DNA of 64,000 bases from Octopus vulgaris (taxonomy: Eukaryota). The notes under the pieces were generated by a model, which had not been told where the DNA came from, made no database searches, and saw nothing but the letters and a program-made list of their open reading frames with translations. The DNA lies in the NCBI GenBank assembly GCA_951406725.2, contig OX597821.1, positions 6,634,001 through 6,698,000 on the forward strand, given 5' to 3'. Both the position numbers and the translations under genes were made by a program. Below are positions 12,532 through 27,915 of the stretch, piece after piece; position 1 is the first letter of the stretch, and every line of letters starts with the position of its first letter.

Positions 12532-13922
12532 ATCAATGTCTCCTAATCTCGTGGGTAATGTAAAACTGGTTTCTTTTTTGTTTGTTTTTGTTGTCTGTTT
12601 TTGTGTTTCATGTGATTTGAAACTTTTTCCTTTTACAATGGTCACTAAAATAATAAATATTCTATAAAGTGAGAGAATTTTAGGTACACGTCCCCTAAAT
12701 ACAAGATATCCTTTCTACTATAGGCACAAGGCCTGAAATTTTAGGGGAGGGGCTAGTTGATTATACTGACCCAGTGCTCAACCGGTGCATATTTTATTGA
12801 CCCCAAAAGGATGAAGGGCAAAGTTGACCTTGACAGAATTTGAATTCAGAACATAAAGACAGACAAAATTCTTAGCAGCATTTTGTCCAGCATGCTAACA
12901 ATTTTGCCAGCTTGTTACTGTTTAGCCTTCGGCCACTATTGATTAAGCAAGCCTATGATCAAAGACATTCCAAACTTTGCATGTTTGACAGAGAGTAAGA
13001 TATAAATTGTAGTAGATTTGGTTGCTATTTCTAAAGAGGTTGCTTTTATTGCTATTTATTTCTAAATCATCCCTGATTTAGTCGACCAATGATAAAATTC
13101 ATTCCAATTGTAACCATCCTCATTTTTTTCATATATCAGAAATTACACTGATCAGTGTATCCTTTCTTATTTAAGATAGTATAGTGGGATTTGAGAGTGA
13201 TTTGGCTGCTATTTTTCACAAATTTGATTCTCTCATTGGTTCTCTGTTATAGAGGTTGTTGTTCTTTTGTAACTCATACAAATCCAGTGCCTTCTAACAG
13301 GTAAAGTTTTAAAGCTTGGACTATGTCTCTCAGTTACTTCCTGGAGGTCATCCCCGTACCCAAATGTACCTAGTTATAAGTATAATTAACCCAGCACTAG
13401 TCTACATTTAAATGTTTGGCATCTCTCAATCATCCTACTTTAGACAAAAACTTAAACTCATATATGTTAGTTCAGAGGAAGAAGGGCAGCACCAATGACC
13501 TTTTTCTTTTCAGGCCTGATCCCAGTGCTCAACTGGTACTTATTTTATTGACCCCACCTCCAAGGAGATGAAAGGCAAAAATCATCTTGGACGAAATCTG
13601 AACTAAGAACAAGGTGTGATGAAATGCCACTAAGCACTTTGGCCAGTGTGTTAACAATTCCGCCATCTCACCGCCTAAATAATGATAATGATAATAATAA
13701 TAATAATCCTTTCTATTATAGGCATAAGGCCTGAAATTTATGGGGAGTGGGAGGTAAGTCGATTACATCAACCCTAGTGCATAACTGGTACTTATTTAAT
13801 CAATCCTGAAAGAATGAAAAGCAAAGCCGACCTTGGTGGAAATTGAACTCAGAACGTAGCGGCAGACGAAATACCACTAAGTATTTCACCTAGCGTGCTA
13901 ACGATTCTGCCAGCTCACTGCC

Positions 13923-13985
<63 letters not shown>

Positions 13986-15192
13986 TTGATGATGTTGATG
14001 ATGATGATAATAATAACAACAACAACAACCAGTTATATTGATGAGGGCTCCAGTTGATTTGATCGATAGAACAGCTTGACCAGGAAATTAATGTGCAAGT
14101 GGCTGAGCACTCCACAGACACGAAGACCCTAGATGTAGTTCTCAGGCTGGCCCTTTGAAATACAGGCACTACACATTTTTGCCAGATGAGTGAACTACAA
14201 CAACATAAAATAAAGTGCCTTGCTCAAGGATACAATGCGCCACTGGAAATTGAACTCACGACCTTACAATTGTGGGTTGAATACTCTAACCTCTAGCAAT
14301 GATAACGACAGGCTTCAAATAGGCTTTGTACACCGAATAAGGTAAAACGGCCACCACAATTTAGTGAAAATGGTTGGGCAATGGTGGTGGTGGTGGTGGT
14401 GGTTCATTTAGAAATGCGTTAAGAAGTTGGAAGGAGGCAAAAATAAAGATGAGAGAGTGAAATAAAAATGAAGAAACAAAAACTACCTTAACAAGAAAAT
14501 GCAGTCATCTTCCCATTGGCACTGACCTACATATGAGATTCGTCCATATGTACAACTAACTGATGGGCGGCAGAATTGCTTCCGTCTTCTTTCTTCTTTT
14601 CAGTCTCATCTTTTTAGACGTACTTGCAGTATACATTGGATTTCAGATTCCAAAAATCTAAGCAAATGGACACCCAATCTATTATTACTTTCTGAATTTT
14701 CATTTAAGATAGAATATAGATTTTCCTTGGAGCTTTATGTTGTCTTTGAGATTTTTATTCTTATTTCTTTTCATTTAATTTTGTTTTCTTCTTTCACCTA
14801 CTTTACTTTCTGAATCTTCCTCCTCCCCCCACTCCTTGTTATCTTTGACTTTGTCTCCATCATTGTTGCTGTTGTTGTTGTCCTCATCATTATCATCCTC
14901 CTCGCCACCACCACCACCATCATCATCACCCTCTTAGCTTTTTGCTTTGCCTTCTTCCTCTGTGCCATACCATTTCGCATCAGTAAATCCCTGTATTTGT
15001 TATAATGTTCTACATAAGTCAAAGTGTTCATTGACACACATCGAGTTTCAACAACAACTTCTGTAGAAGCTAAGAAAGGGATAAGAAATCATTAAAACAT
15101 AAGGCACTTTATGTATATATATATATATATATATATAGTAGAAATATGTTACAAAAAGAAAATATAAACTACAAATGTAAGGGTAAAATATG

Positions 15193-15227
<35 letters not shown>

Positions 15228-15231
<4 letters not shown>

Positions 15232-15395
15232 GAGTGGCTGTGTGGCAAGTAGCTTGCTTACCAACCACATAGTTCTGGGTTCATTCCCACTGCGTGGCAC
15301 CTTGGGCAAGAGTCTTCCACTATAACCTCGGGCCAACCAAAGTCTTGTGAGTGGATTGGGTTGACGGAAACTGAAAGGAGTCCATCGTATATATT

Positions 15396-15426
<31 letters not shown>

Positions 15427-15645
15427 ATATGTTTGTGTGTCTGTGTTTGTCCCCAGAACATTGTGTGACAACCGATGCTGGTGTGCTTACATCCCTGTAA
15501 CTTAGCAGTTTGGCAAAAGCAACTAATAGAATAAGTACTAGGCTTACAAAGAATAAGTCCTGGGGTCGATTTGCTCGACTAAAGGCGGTACTCCAGCATG
15601 GTCGCAGTCAAATGACTGCATGACTGAAAAAGTAAAAGAGTAAAA
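15228..15645 (+). mobile_element. SINE family A
   Basis: Full-length copy. Confidence 0.85.
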
Positions 15646-15728
15646 CAATATGTATGTATATATATATATATATATATAGTACATATTTTGACATAAAAAC
15701 ACAGTGTGTAGTTATGTGTGTGTGTGTG

Positions 15729-15761
<33 letters not shown>

Positions 15762-18652
15762 ACATATACATGCAAGCATGGAAAAGTGACATTAATGATG
15801 GTGACATGCACACATACACACACACTCATGCACACACACAAATTAAATTAGAACTGAGATAGATTTAAATAAAACAAAACCCCGCTGTGGGTGAACTAAC
15901 AATGTAAACACTCCATTGCAAGCCTCACCTAAGCTTTGTTGCATTTCATTACTGTTGGAGACTGAAACATCTGGCTCTGAAGAGAAAAGTCAGTTATTGG
16001 GATGCAGTCTGTCCTATGTCAAGGATATGCTTTTGCCAAAAGAGATTCATTATGATTCTTAGATCTAATACTGGAGCAATTGTGATGGCTTTAGTCACAT
16101 GTGGCTCGTATTTAGGTTGTGTGATATGATGATGTTGTCTTGATGTGTGTAGCATTTGTGTATTCTTACTGTTGAAAGAGGTGGAGGCACATGGCCTAGT
16201 GGTTAGAGCAGCAGACTCGCGGTCGAGGGATCGCACGTTCGAATCTCAGACCGGGTGATGTGTGTGTTTATGAGTGAAAACACCTAAGCTCCACGCGGCT
16301 CCGACAGAAGGTAATGGCGAACTCTGCTGACTCTTTTGCCACAACTTTCTCTCACTCTTTCCTCCTGCATCTTGCAGCTCATCTGTGACGGACTGGCATC
16401 CCGTACAGGTGGGGAACCTATACGCCAAGAAACCGGGAAACCGGCCCTTATGAGCCAGGCATGGCTCGAGAAGGAACAAACAACAAACTGTTGAAAGAGA
16501 CAAGATTGACATATCTTCATTGGAGGCTGCTTACAATGTCTCTGTTTATGGAATCTTTGCAGGTAGGACGTAGGAAGAGATGATGGGGTGTGATTGTTTG
16601 GACACTGGCAATTTGGCATGGCTGACTGGACATTGAGAATAGGACAAGACTTTTTGCATTGGATGCAAATACACACACACACACACACATGTGCAGAAAT
16701 ATATGCTTGCTGATAGAGACAGTGAGAGAATAAAGCAAGAGTGAGAGAGAGAGAAAGAAAGAGTGAGAAGGAGAAAGAAGAGGGTGAGAGAACAGAGAGA
16801 GGGTGAAAGACAAAAAAGAGTGAGGGCGAGAAGGAGAAAAGAGGGGTGAGAGAGAGAAATATTATTATTTGTTAATTGAACATGATTGACAAATATTTTT
16901 CCTCTCTTCATATATAAAAAGAGATATACACTCACACACATAAACTGAGAGAGAGAAAAGCATTAAGATGTCTGATGTCAAGTAAGTCAGCATCGACTCA
17001 GTGGCACAAAATTTGCAACACCAAAGAGGTTGCACCAAAATGTCTCATACCTGGTCTGGCATGTAGTTGTGAGTAGATGTTGTATGGTTTGGGAATGTAG
17101 ATGTTGTAAGGTTTAAGGAAGGACTAAGGGATGGTGTCATTTGTGTGAGGTGGGCATGGTGGACATGACAGCAAGTAAGTCATTGATGTAGAGAAAGGAA
17201 AGAGCAAAGAGCAAAACTAAATTTAGTATATGACTGATCTGGTAGGAAAAATGACCTGTTGAGTACCAGTGGGTGTATATAATTCATAACTGTAAAACAT
17301 ACAATAAAAAGCCCCTTCAGTTATAAATGACCATGGGATTGCATCTAGAAAGTTCCCCTCTAGGGTACAATTTCAGACAAGGTTGTTTATGGAAGACCAG
17401 CAGTCACACATTCATACCAGCTTTCCCTCTCTATGCCATTATATGTACATGGGGTAAAGAGTAAAGGCTCACTTTGAGCAGGAGCCTCTCCTCTTCCACA
17501 CCACCGATGTTATCCAAAGGAAAGGCAAAGGGGCCGATACAGATTGGCACCAGAGATGTCGCAACTCATTTTTTTCAGCTGAGTGAACTGGAGCAATGTG
17601 AAATAAAGTGTCTTGCTCAAAAACATAATACACAACCTGGTCCAGGAATTGAACTCACTACCTTATGATTGTGAGCCTGGTGCTCTAACCACTGAGCCAT
17701 CTGCCTCATTACAAAGTATAATCTCAGAACAAAGAAAATTTTATATTTTATATGAAATTAAATTAAAACTATTTTTTCTTTGGAGTTAGAAAACTCAAAG
17801 GCCTTTAGTCCTTTGTCCTCTTTCTTTCTTTCTTTCTCTCTTCATTCTTTCTTTCTTTCTTCATTCTTTCTTTCTGTCATTTTTCAATCCTTCTTTGCCT
17901 CCTTCTTCATTTTCTTTTTCACAGTTACTTAGAAAGGGGCTGAAAACGAGCAAATAAATATATAAACATTTAAAAAGTATATGGGAAGGTATTCCCTGGA
18001 AAGTAATTGGATACAAGGTTTAATTATGGTTTAATTAAGTTAGACTTTAATGAGTTTGATAGATATTCCGAAAAGAAATTCAATGGTAATGATAGTGATA
18101 ACAGATTAATTTTTTTTTTTAATTCTTAATTGGCAGCTGCAGATTATGTTCTAGCAGCAACAGAAGTAGTAGTAGTAGTAGTAACCATTGCAGTAATAGT
18201 AAGTAGTAGTAGTAGTGGTGATGAGTGACAATGTAGAGATGAAGGTCTTGGATGAATATTTTAGCCAAGTCCATTCATTCTCCTCAGCATCTTCCTGTCA
18301 TCAACATCATCATCATCATCACCATGTCCTCCACCTCCTCTTCTTCCTCCTCCTCCTCCTCATCATCAGGTTATTTTGCATTAAGATAGTCCACTAGGTG
18401 GTGGTAGTTGGTGATGGCAATGGAGTCACACACCTATGACTAGGGTAGAGTATTGCACTCCTGCCATCATAGAAAAGCTGGATCAGATCCATTCTTTTAT
18501 CAGATTCTAATGCTAAATCTCACCAACATGGTTTAAGAGAAGATTAAAGGTGTACTAATTAATCTTGTCTGGCTCCAAGTCCTCAGGTCACTTCCTGTTT
18601 ATCCCACTTTTCCTGTCTGTGAAACTAACTGACCTTAGCATTGCCAATTTAT

Positions 18653-18875
18653 TCTCTTATTCTTTTATTCTTTTACTTGTTTCAGTCATTTGACTGTGGC
18701 CATGCTGGAGCACCACCTTTAGCCGAACAAATCAATCCCAGGACTTATTCTTTGTAAGCCTAGTACTATTTCTATCGGTCTCTTTTGCCAAACCACTAAG
18801 TTACATGGACATAAACACACCAGCATCGGTTGTCAAGCGATGTTGGGGGGACAAACACAGACACACACACACACA

Positions 18876-18922
<47 letters not shown>

Positions 18923-19575
18923 AGCTTCTTTCAGTTTCCGTCTACCAAATCCACTCACAAGGCTTTGGTTGGTCCAAGGCTATAGTAGGAGACACTTGCC
19001 CAAGGTGCCATGCAGTGGGACTGAACCCAGAACCATGTGGTTGGTAAGCAAGCTACTTACCACACAGCCACTCCTGCATCTGTTCATTCTGTTATCTTAT
19101 GTCTTTTACTTCTTTCATTCATTGGACTGTGACCATGCTGGAGCATTACCTTTTAAAGGGTTAATCAAAAAAAATTGCCTCCTGGTACTTATTCTGTCAA
19201 TACTTTTTGTTGATCCACTAAGTTAAGGGAATGTAAACAAACTAATACCAGATGTCAAGTAGTGAGTGGGTTCAAACACAAACATAAAGACAGGCACACA
19301 CACACACACACATGTACACATGAACACACAAACACACACACACAAACAGACAGGCACATACACACACAAACACACACATGCACACACATACACACACACA
19401 TACACACTCACACACACACAATAGGTTTCCACACAGTTTCCATCAACCAAATTCCCTCACAAAGCTTTAATTACCCTGGGGCCATAGTAGAAGACACTTT
19501 CCCAAGGTGCTGCACAGTGGGACTGAACCTGAAAGCATGTGGGTCGCAAGGCAAGTTTCTTAACCAAACAGCAAT
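18653..19575 (-). mobile_element. Two tandem SINE family A copies (18653-19078 young, ~19100-19575 old)
   Basis: Sequence similarity to the other copies. Confidence 0.8.
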
Positions 19576-21667
19576 CTCTATTAATTATATACAAAACATA
19601 TTGAGTTATTCAATTACTGTTTTAGCCTTTGACACTCTGTCTACATGACTTGTTATTGTGATATCGAAACGCTGTTGGTTGAGAATAAAATATTAGGAGA
19701 TAATTAAGAATGAAATAATTGTTAAACCTTTTAATGTAAAGTGATATTTGATAGCATAATTATTATATCACCTATTGTTAATAACATTGTGTAACATGGT
19801 TTTTGTCCTTGAGTAGCAACTGTCATTTCCTGTTTGCTTACCCCTGGAAAGTAGAAGTAGCTAAAATTTCCTTCAAACTCTACTTTTGTTACATTGTTGA
19901 GAATATCTCTCAACACATGGCTATGATGCTCCCCCACTACTCCTGCTCTTGATCAGAGATGCACATATTGTCAGCCACTAAGGGACATGCTCAAGTGGTT
20001 AAGGTCAAACAATTAACAAGCAAATCTGTGGTATTGAGCAGAATATTTGTTATAATGATATTTCTGCTTCATCAACTCAGCACTGAATCTGTCTGAAATG
20101 TAATGGAAAATAGGTCAGTTTCAAGACATTGATGTCCAAGTGACAAAAGCAAAGTTTGACGGCAATAGTAGTCATTTCCTTTGATTTCTAGATAGAAACA
20201 AATTGGATGTAACACTTACTGACCAAAGTAAAAAAAAAATAAATTCTGTGGGTTTTTTTTTTAAGAATAAAGCGATAGAAATCCTCAGACTAGCTCCAAG
20301 GAATTTTAACATTTAAACATCATTATTTGAGCAAGCCATTGTAATATTTGGGGGCTATAAAATTATTACTCATATATCATGCATCCATCCATAGAAGACT
20401 CATGGGGGTAGAGTTCTTAGGCCCCTCCACCATAGGATCTTATCAGAAGCAATTGTCATTAGACTTTCTAACTAAATTCCCAAGTGCGACTAACTGAGAC
20501 CATAGATATTATCCAGCCAGCCATCTTGTTCTTGGCCAACCTCTGTGTCTCGTGCCAGTTGGTTTGGCTTCAAGAATCTGTCTCATGATTCATTTCTGTG
20601 ACACTATAATTACATGTCTGTAGTACTGAAGCTTTGAACTCTCAATATGGAGAAATAGCCACTCAACTTGTAGAGACTCCCTTATCTCTGAGCTACGCAC
20701 CCTGTTGAATAACATTAGTCCAGAGATCCATTGGAGGAGCCCCTTTCTCATTGGTGGTATTTGCAATCATATACTTTCACTCCTTACTCAGCATTTACAA
20801 GCATGGAAGGTGGACGTTAAATGACGACGATGATGAAGATGAGGATAGGTATAAAGACCAAATTGAAGATAATGAGTTTGGCTTTTTTTTACTAATCACT
20901 CCCCTTCTGAGGATCAAATGCTGGAGCCGCTTGCATTACTGTGCCAGCATCCGCAGTCCCAGCATCCGATCCAGTCTCCTATTGTTCATCATTTGTGAAC
21001 ACAGCAAGGATGAACAATGTCATTTTACATTTTCATTACCTTTAAGAAATGGATTAACATGTTCCACCTTTTTGGAAGTGGTATCACAATCGGTCTTTAT
21101 ACAATCGTTTGGATGATACTTGCAGATGTCATGGTGTTACTTGGCTCATCAGAAGGTGATCTTCAGCTTGCACAGAATGGGTTTACTCCCAAGTACTGCA
21201 AAGGCATGGATGAGAAATGGCTTGCACTGCGTAATAAGCTCTAAGTCCACTCTGCTGAGTGGTTGGTGTTAGGAAGGGCATTCAGCTGTAAAAATCCTGC
21301 CAAAACAGTCACAGAAGTCTGGTGCAGGCTTCTGCCTGCATGGCTTTTGTGAAACTGTCCCATCCATGCTAGCATGGAAGGCAGACTTTAAAAGATGATG
21401 ATGATGATGATAAAGACTGAGATATTAGTCCTCTTAAGAAAGTGAATCCTGCATTAATAAGAGAGCAGGGTGGAGAAGTTTAAGTGTGTGTGTGTGTGTG
21501 TGACTGGTTAAGAAGTTTATTTCCCAAACTCATGGTTTCAAGTGCAATCCTATTGTGCTGCACATGGGTCAATCAAAGCCTTGTGAATGAATTTAGTGGA
21601 TGGAAACTGAAACAAGCCTGTTGTGTGTACATATATACATACATATTATGTAGGTATATATATATAT

Positions 21668-21882
21668 ACTCTTTTACTCCTTTACTTGTTTCAGTCATTT
21701 GACTGTGGCTATGCTGGAGCCTTTAGTTGAGCAAATTATCCCCAGGACTTATTCTTTGTAAGCCTAGTACTTATTCTATCAGTCTCTTTTGCCGAACCAC
21801 TAAGTTACGGGGATGTAAACACACCAGTATTGGTTGTCAAGCGATGTTGGAGGACAAACACAGATACACAAACATGCACACA

Positions 21883-21956
<74 letters not shown>

Positions 21957-22133
21957 TATATATACATATATGTATATATATGACAGGCTTCTTTCAGTTT
22001 CCATTCACAAGGCTTTGGTCGGCCTGAGGCTATAGTAGAAGACACTTACCCAAGGTGCCATGCAGTGGGAAGTAAACCAAGAACCATGTGGTTAGTAAGC
22101 AAGCTACTTACCACACAGCCACTCCTATGCCTA
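21668..22133 (-). mobile_element. SINE family A
   Basis: Full-length copy with expanded internal microsatellite. Confidence 0.85.
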
Positions 22134-22209
22134 TATATATTTTGATTTTGATTTGATTTTGATTTTTCCAGTTTCAGCTAATGAGCTGTGGCCATGCTGG
22201 GGCACCGCC

Positions 22210-22248
<39 letters not shown>

Positions 22249-24016
22249 TATATAAATTTAGACTGAGAAGGGAAAAACAGACAAAAACTGAGTGAAAGTG
22301 TAATGGACAGAAAAGGGAGACAAAAGCACAATAGAAAGAACTTTTGCTGCTGACTTTATATGTGGGTGTGTTTGTGTAAGCATACATGAGTGTGTGTATT
22401 TGTGTTTCATTGTCTTGGCATTATTTACTGATAGTAAAGAAATGTTGCCACCATACAAACAGTGAGGGAAAGATGACAAGGACTGTTGAAAACAGGTTCC
22501 ATTCTAGTGGAACCCAAATACAGTTCTTATTCTTCCAGCAGAGAAACCCTCGTTTCCAAATTCCAAGTATTTATACTTCAAGTTATTGCATCCTTTTCAG
22601 CATTTATTCTTCTATTTATTCTTTTTACTCCAATTCTAAATGAGTTCCAAAGATTTACCTGGTCTACCTGTTTTGCGAACAATGACCTTTCTTGCTTTAG
22701 CCAAATTTCATTCTGTAGTAAAAAACAAAACTAAAATAGAAAAAAAAACCCATAAAAAAAACACGAAGCATTTGCAACACAGCCCACTTTCCTTGGAAAT
22801 TTTTATCCTTTCCTTTACATCATTTTAGCCACAGTTCTTCAATAGGGAGAATTAAAACCACAATTGACTTAATCGTGCTTAATCATACACCCCCACCTAA
22901 CTCTTTCCACATCTACCAAAACCCTGTTTTTGTTTTTGTTCTTTTCCATCATCAAAGTGGTCTAAACTGGTTAGGGGCCCTTTTGCTTTCTTACGCTTTT
23001 GCCAATAAAAGAAAAACTTAATTACTTGCCTACTAAGGTAAATATGCACATATTTCCTGTCCTCCCATTTTTTTCTTTTCATCTGGTCTATTAAATAGTC
23101 TTTGAGGCTTAAACACTGGCAATTATAATCCACCAGAATAACTACTATTTCCCTCTCCTCTCTTCCTGTTCTTCTTAAAACATCTGATATTTGTTACTTC
23201 TAAGAGACTGATACTTCATTATTCAATTACTCTCTCTCACTCTCTCTCTCTTAGTCTCACTCACCCACTTCCTTTCTGCGTGTTAATGTTGATATTGGTG
23301 GTGTTGTTCCATTTACTCACTGAATTACAGGTGAATTACTGTGAATTACTAGCTTTCAATCTCTGCAGAATATTTAACTTAATTCTACAGAATGTCTCAG
23401 GCCATATTTACCTTTAGAAATAAACCCCTTCCCCCCACCACAACTTCTCTCTTTTCGCTTTTATAATTCAATCTCAGCGGCAAAATACTGACCCATACCT
23501 GAAAAATATAAAAGAAAACTTTGCCTTTTTATCCACCAAGTAATTATCTTTCTCTCATACATTCCTTAGCTTCTAAGTTCTCTGTTCAAATCCTTCCAAG
23601 GGAAAAGTTACTCGAAATAGCCCTCAGTCCTTTCCATCAGAGAGTTTACCTCATATTTGCTTAGCACAATAGAAACCAAAGATAACCTCTGGTTGTGTGG
23701 ATCTTACAGAATTTAGTTGCATTGCATTACTTTCTGAGATCAAATCCTGCGAAAGTTAGCTTAGCCTTTCATCATTCTGGGGTCAATGAAACAAGGTACC
23801 AGTCCACTACTGGCGTTAATTTAATTGACATGATTCTCCTCCATCAGAGCGATCACCTGATGACTCTTAGGATGGTAACTACCAGAATCAGTACACAACC
23901 ATACTAAATGCTTTATGGCATTTTGGTACGGCTCTTTATATTCTAGGTTCAAGTCCTGCCAGGATCAACTTTGACAGTCAACCTTATGGGGTCAATAAAA
24001 TAATTAATAGCGAGGT

Positions 24017-24190
24017 AGGCGCAGGAGTGGCTGTGTGGTAAGTAGCTTGCTAACCAACCACATGGTTCTGGGTTCAGTCCCACAGCGTGGCATCTTGGGC
24101 AAGTGTCTTCTGCTATAGCCCCAGGCCGACCAATGCTTTGTGAGTGGATTTGGTAGACGGAAACTGAAAGAAGCCCATGTTGTATATATG

Positions 24191-24227
<37 letters not shown>

Positions 24228-24429
24228 CTGTGTTTGTCCCCCTAGCATTGCTTGACAACCGATGCTGGTGTGTTTACGTCACCGTCACCTAGCGGTTCGG
24301 CAAAAGAGACTGATAGAATAAGTACTGGGCTTACAAAGAATAAGTCCCGGGGTTGATTTGCTCGACTAAAGGCGGTGCTCCAGCATGGCCGCAGTCAAAT
24401 GACTGAAACAAGTAAAAGAGTAAAAGAGT
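24017..24429 (+). mobile_element. SINE family A
   Basis: Full-length, consensus-like copy. Confidence 0.88.
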
Positions 24430-24769
24430 AGTGGGGTCAGTCAGTATAATCAACTACACTTTCTTCCAAAAGTTTATAATCTTGTGTTTTATAGTAGAGC
24501 TGGCAGAGACGTTAGCACACTGGGCGAAATGCTTAGTAGTATTTCGTCTGTCTTTACATTCTGAGTTCAAATTCTGCCGAGGTCAACTTTGCCTTTCATC
24601 CTTTCAGGGTCGATAAATTAAGTAGCAGTTACGTTCTGGGATCGATGTAATTGACTTAATCCCTTTGTCTGTCCTTGTTTGTCCCCCTCTATGTTTAGTC
24701 CCTTGTGAGCAATAAAGAAATAAGTAATTGTATGTCACTTGTATATACATATACAAAGATACACATTGT

Positions 24770-24800
<31 letters not shown>

Positions 24801-24899
24801 CACACACACTCACACACACTCACATTCCACACTTGCATTCACACACACAGCTGAATAGTAGTCTTTTCCCTACATATGTTAAATATTCCATGCAGGCTG

Positions 24900-25620
24900 A
24901 ATGAAATCATAGTCGTAGCTATCAGTGCTGGTGATACATTAAAGGCATCTGAGCTGGTGACATGTAAAGGTCACCCATGCCGGTGTCACATAATAGGCAC
25001 CTGTGCTGGTGACATGTTAAAGGTGCCTGGTACACCTTGTGGAGTGGTCGACATTAGGAAGGGCGTCCAGCTGTAGAAGTCAAACCAAAATACAGTGGAG
25101 CCTGGTGCAGCTCTCCAGCTTACCAGTTCCAGTCGAGCTGTCTAGACCATACCAGTGTGGAGAACAGACACTCAACGATGATGATGATGATGAAATTAAC
25201 ATGGCAAAATGGTTGGGATTTTGCAGCATCAGACAAGATGTATTTCAGTATTTGTTTTCAGTATTTCAGTATTTCAGCCTCGCCTGGCCCCCGTGCTGGT
25301 GGCACGTAAAAAGCACCATCCATTCGTGGCCGTTGCCAGCCTTGCCTGGCCCCCGTGCCAGTGGCACATAAAAAGCACCATCCGTCCGTGGCCGTTTGCC
25401 AGCTCCGTCTGGCACCTGTGCCGGTGGCACGTAAAAAGCACCCACTACGCTCATGGAGTGGTTGGCGTTAGGAAGGGCATCCAGCCGTAGAAACATTGCC
25501 AGATCAAACTGGGCCTGATGCAGCCTTCTGGCTTTCCAGACCCCAGTTGAACCGTCCAACCCATGCTAGCATGGAAAGCGGACACTAAACGATGATGATG
25601 ATGATGATGATGATGATGTT
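24900..25620 (+). mobile_element. Two tandem RTE 3'-end fragments (~24900-25193 and ~25280-25618)
   Basis: Repeated ggcacgtaaaaagcacc modules, gagtggttggcgttaggaagggcatccagc core and (GAT)n tails. Confidence 0.8.
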
Positions 25621-26269
25621 CTGATCCTTGCATTCAGATTTCAAATTCTGTCAAAGTCAACTTTGCCTTGCAATAGAATTATCCATCAGTCTTGACTTGT
25701 AGAATTGTTAAAGCACCAGAGGAAAAAGTATTGCAGCGTTTGTTGCAGCCGTTTGCATTCTGAGTGCAAATCCCATTGTGACCTGTTTGAATAGTAGAAT
25801 TGTCTGGTTTGTTTAACACTGCCAATGTATACAAAGTCTATTATTATTAATTGTCTCTACAGAGCAACCCCCGCCATGTCTTGCTTCCTAACATCTTTAA
25901 AATGAGTCTCAGACATTTTTCATTTCTAATTCTTATGAGAAATAGCTTTTGATAAAGATATCATAGTATTAACTTTTTCCTTCTGAGGGAATAACTAAGC
26001 TGTTAATGGGAAAGCCTGCACTGAAATAACCCTTTCTACTATAGGAGGCACAAGGCCTGAAATTTGGGGAAGGGGCTAGTAGACCCCAGTGCATAACTGG
26101 TACTTATTTCATCAACCCCAAAAGTTGGGGTGAAAGGCAAAGTTGACCTCGGCAGAATTTGAACTCAGAACATAGTGGCAGAAGAAATACTGCTAAGCAG
26201 TTCGCCAGTGTGCTAATGATTCTGCCAGTTTGCCACATTAACCTGCACTGAAATAATGATAAGAAAACT

Positions 26270-27045
26270 ATACTCAGTAACCTTTACTCACAAATCTATG
26301 CTCATTGACCCTCACTCACAAACTCATGCTCAATAGCCTTCACTTATTAACCCATGTTCAATTGTCTTCCTTCCTCACCCCATACTCAGTAGCTATCACT
26401 CATAAGCCTTTGGATAATAGCCATCTCTCATCAATCTCATGTTCAATTACTCTCACTCATCAACCTATGCTCAGTAGCCATCACTCACAAGCCCTTGGAT
26501 TATAAACTTCATTCATCAACTCATGCTCAGTAAATTTCATGCATCAACCTATACTCAACAATTTTCACTCATCAACTTATACTCAACAGCCGTCACTCAC
26601 AAGCCTTGGATAATAACCTTCACTCATCACTCTCATATTCAATAACCTTTACTCATCAACCCATGCTTAACAATCTTCATCCACAATCTATTCTCAGCAG
26701 CTATCACTCACTAGCCTTGGATAATAACCCTCACTCACCAATCTCATACTCAATAACCCTCACTCATCAACCTATACTCAACAATCTTCCTTCATCAGCC
26801 TATGCTCAGCAGCTGTCACTCACAAGCCCTTGCATAATAACTCTCACTCACCACTCTTATACTCAGTAACCCTCACTCATCAGCCTATGGACAACAATCA
26901 TCACTCATCAACCTATGGACAACAATCATCACTCATCAACCTATTCTCATCAGCTGTCACTCACAAGCCCTTGGTTAGTAACCATCACTCATCAACTCAT
27001 GCTCAATAACCTTTACTCTCTAAGTCCTGCTCAATAACCCTGTTC
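26270..27045. repeat. Diverged ~28-bp minisatellite with higher-order structure
   Basis: Monomer ~cactcatcaacctatactcaataaccct; a marker monomer containing cacaagcc(c)ttgg recurs at ~26401, 26486, 26598, 26708, 26821 and 26962. Confidence 0.85.
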
Positions 27046-27430
27046 TTGTTGATTTAACCTCAATTTTCATCTATACAAGCATGAATTTGATAAGTTAACC
27101 CTTTCGTTACTAACCCGGCCAAAACTGGCTCTGGCTCTGTAGTACAAATGTCTTGTTTTCATAAGTTTTGCATCAAAATATACCACCAAACATTAGTTCT
27201 GACGAATGACCTCTCTCATCCTTCCCACAAATTCTTTGACCTTCTTCTGCACATGACACTTTTTCAGTAACAGTCACAAACAAAGAAAACCAACTATTTT
27301 CAATGTTGGTCAAGTGCATACAAAGATAAAATAAACCCCTCCAGACCACTTGCTTCTCATCCTATATACCAAGAGCCCTTATAGGAGTCTTTACCTCCTA
27401 TACTTCCTCTCTTTACCTCTCTTTCTCAAG

Positions 27431-27464
<34 letters not shown>

Positions 27465-27579
27465 CTCAAGAGCCCATTGTCTTCTTCAAAGTAGACTTCA
27501 GTGGTGTGGGGGGGGGTTAATAATGAAATGAGGAGAGACAGAGAAAGGTGATCATTTCCTATACAGTACCTTTATTGTT

Positions 27580-27597
27580 TATACTACTACTACTACT

Positions 27598-27650
<53 letters not shown>

Positions 27651-27838
27651 CACCACTACCGCTGCTACTGACACCACTACTACCACAACTACTACTACTA
27701 CTACTACTACCACTACCACCACCACTACCACTCCACCACCACCACCCCACCACCACCACTACTATCACCACCACCACTACTACTACTACTACCACCACCA
27801 CCACCATCAGCACTACTGCTGCTAGTGCCACCACCACC

Positions 27839-27886
<48 letters not shown>

Positions 27887-27915
27887 CTGCTTTGCTGCTG
27901 CTACTGCCACTGCCA
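27580..27915. repeat. Compound (CTA)n/(CCA)n trinucleotide microsatellite; many other (TA)n, (CA)n, (ATT)n, (GAT)n and (GGT)n tracts occur across the window
   Basis: Direct inspection. Confidence 0.95.

Noticed and set aside
13290-13306. Second AG|GT juxtaposition (ctaacag|gtaaag)
   Set aside because: Short pyrimidine tract and weak donor; expected by chance
16181-16255. tRNA-like sequences (also 52803-52878 and 10270-10341)
   Set aside because: They are SINE heads: poor acceptor stem and direct continuation into repeat bodies
27096-27200. TTAA-CCCT piggyBac-like termini (also at 478)
   Set aside because: No matching opposite terminus found, so no element could be delimited
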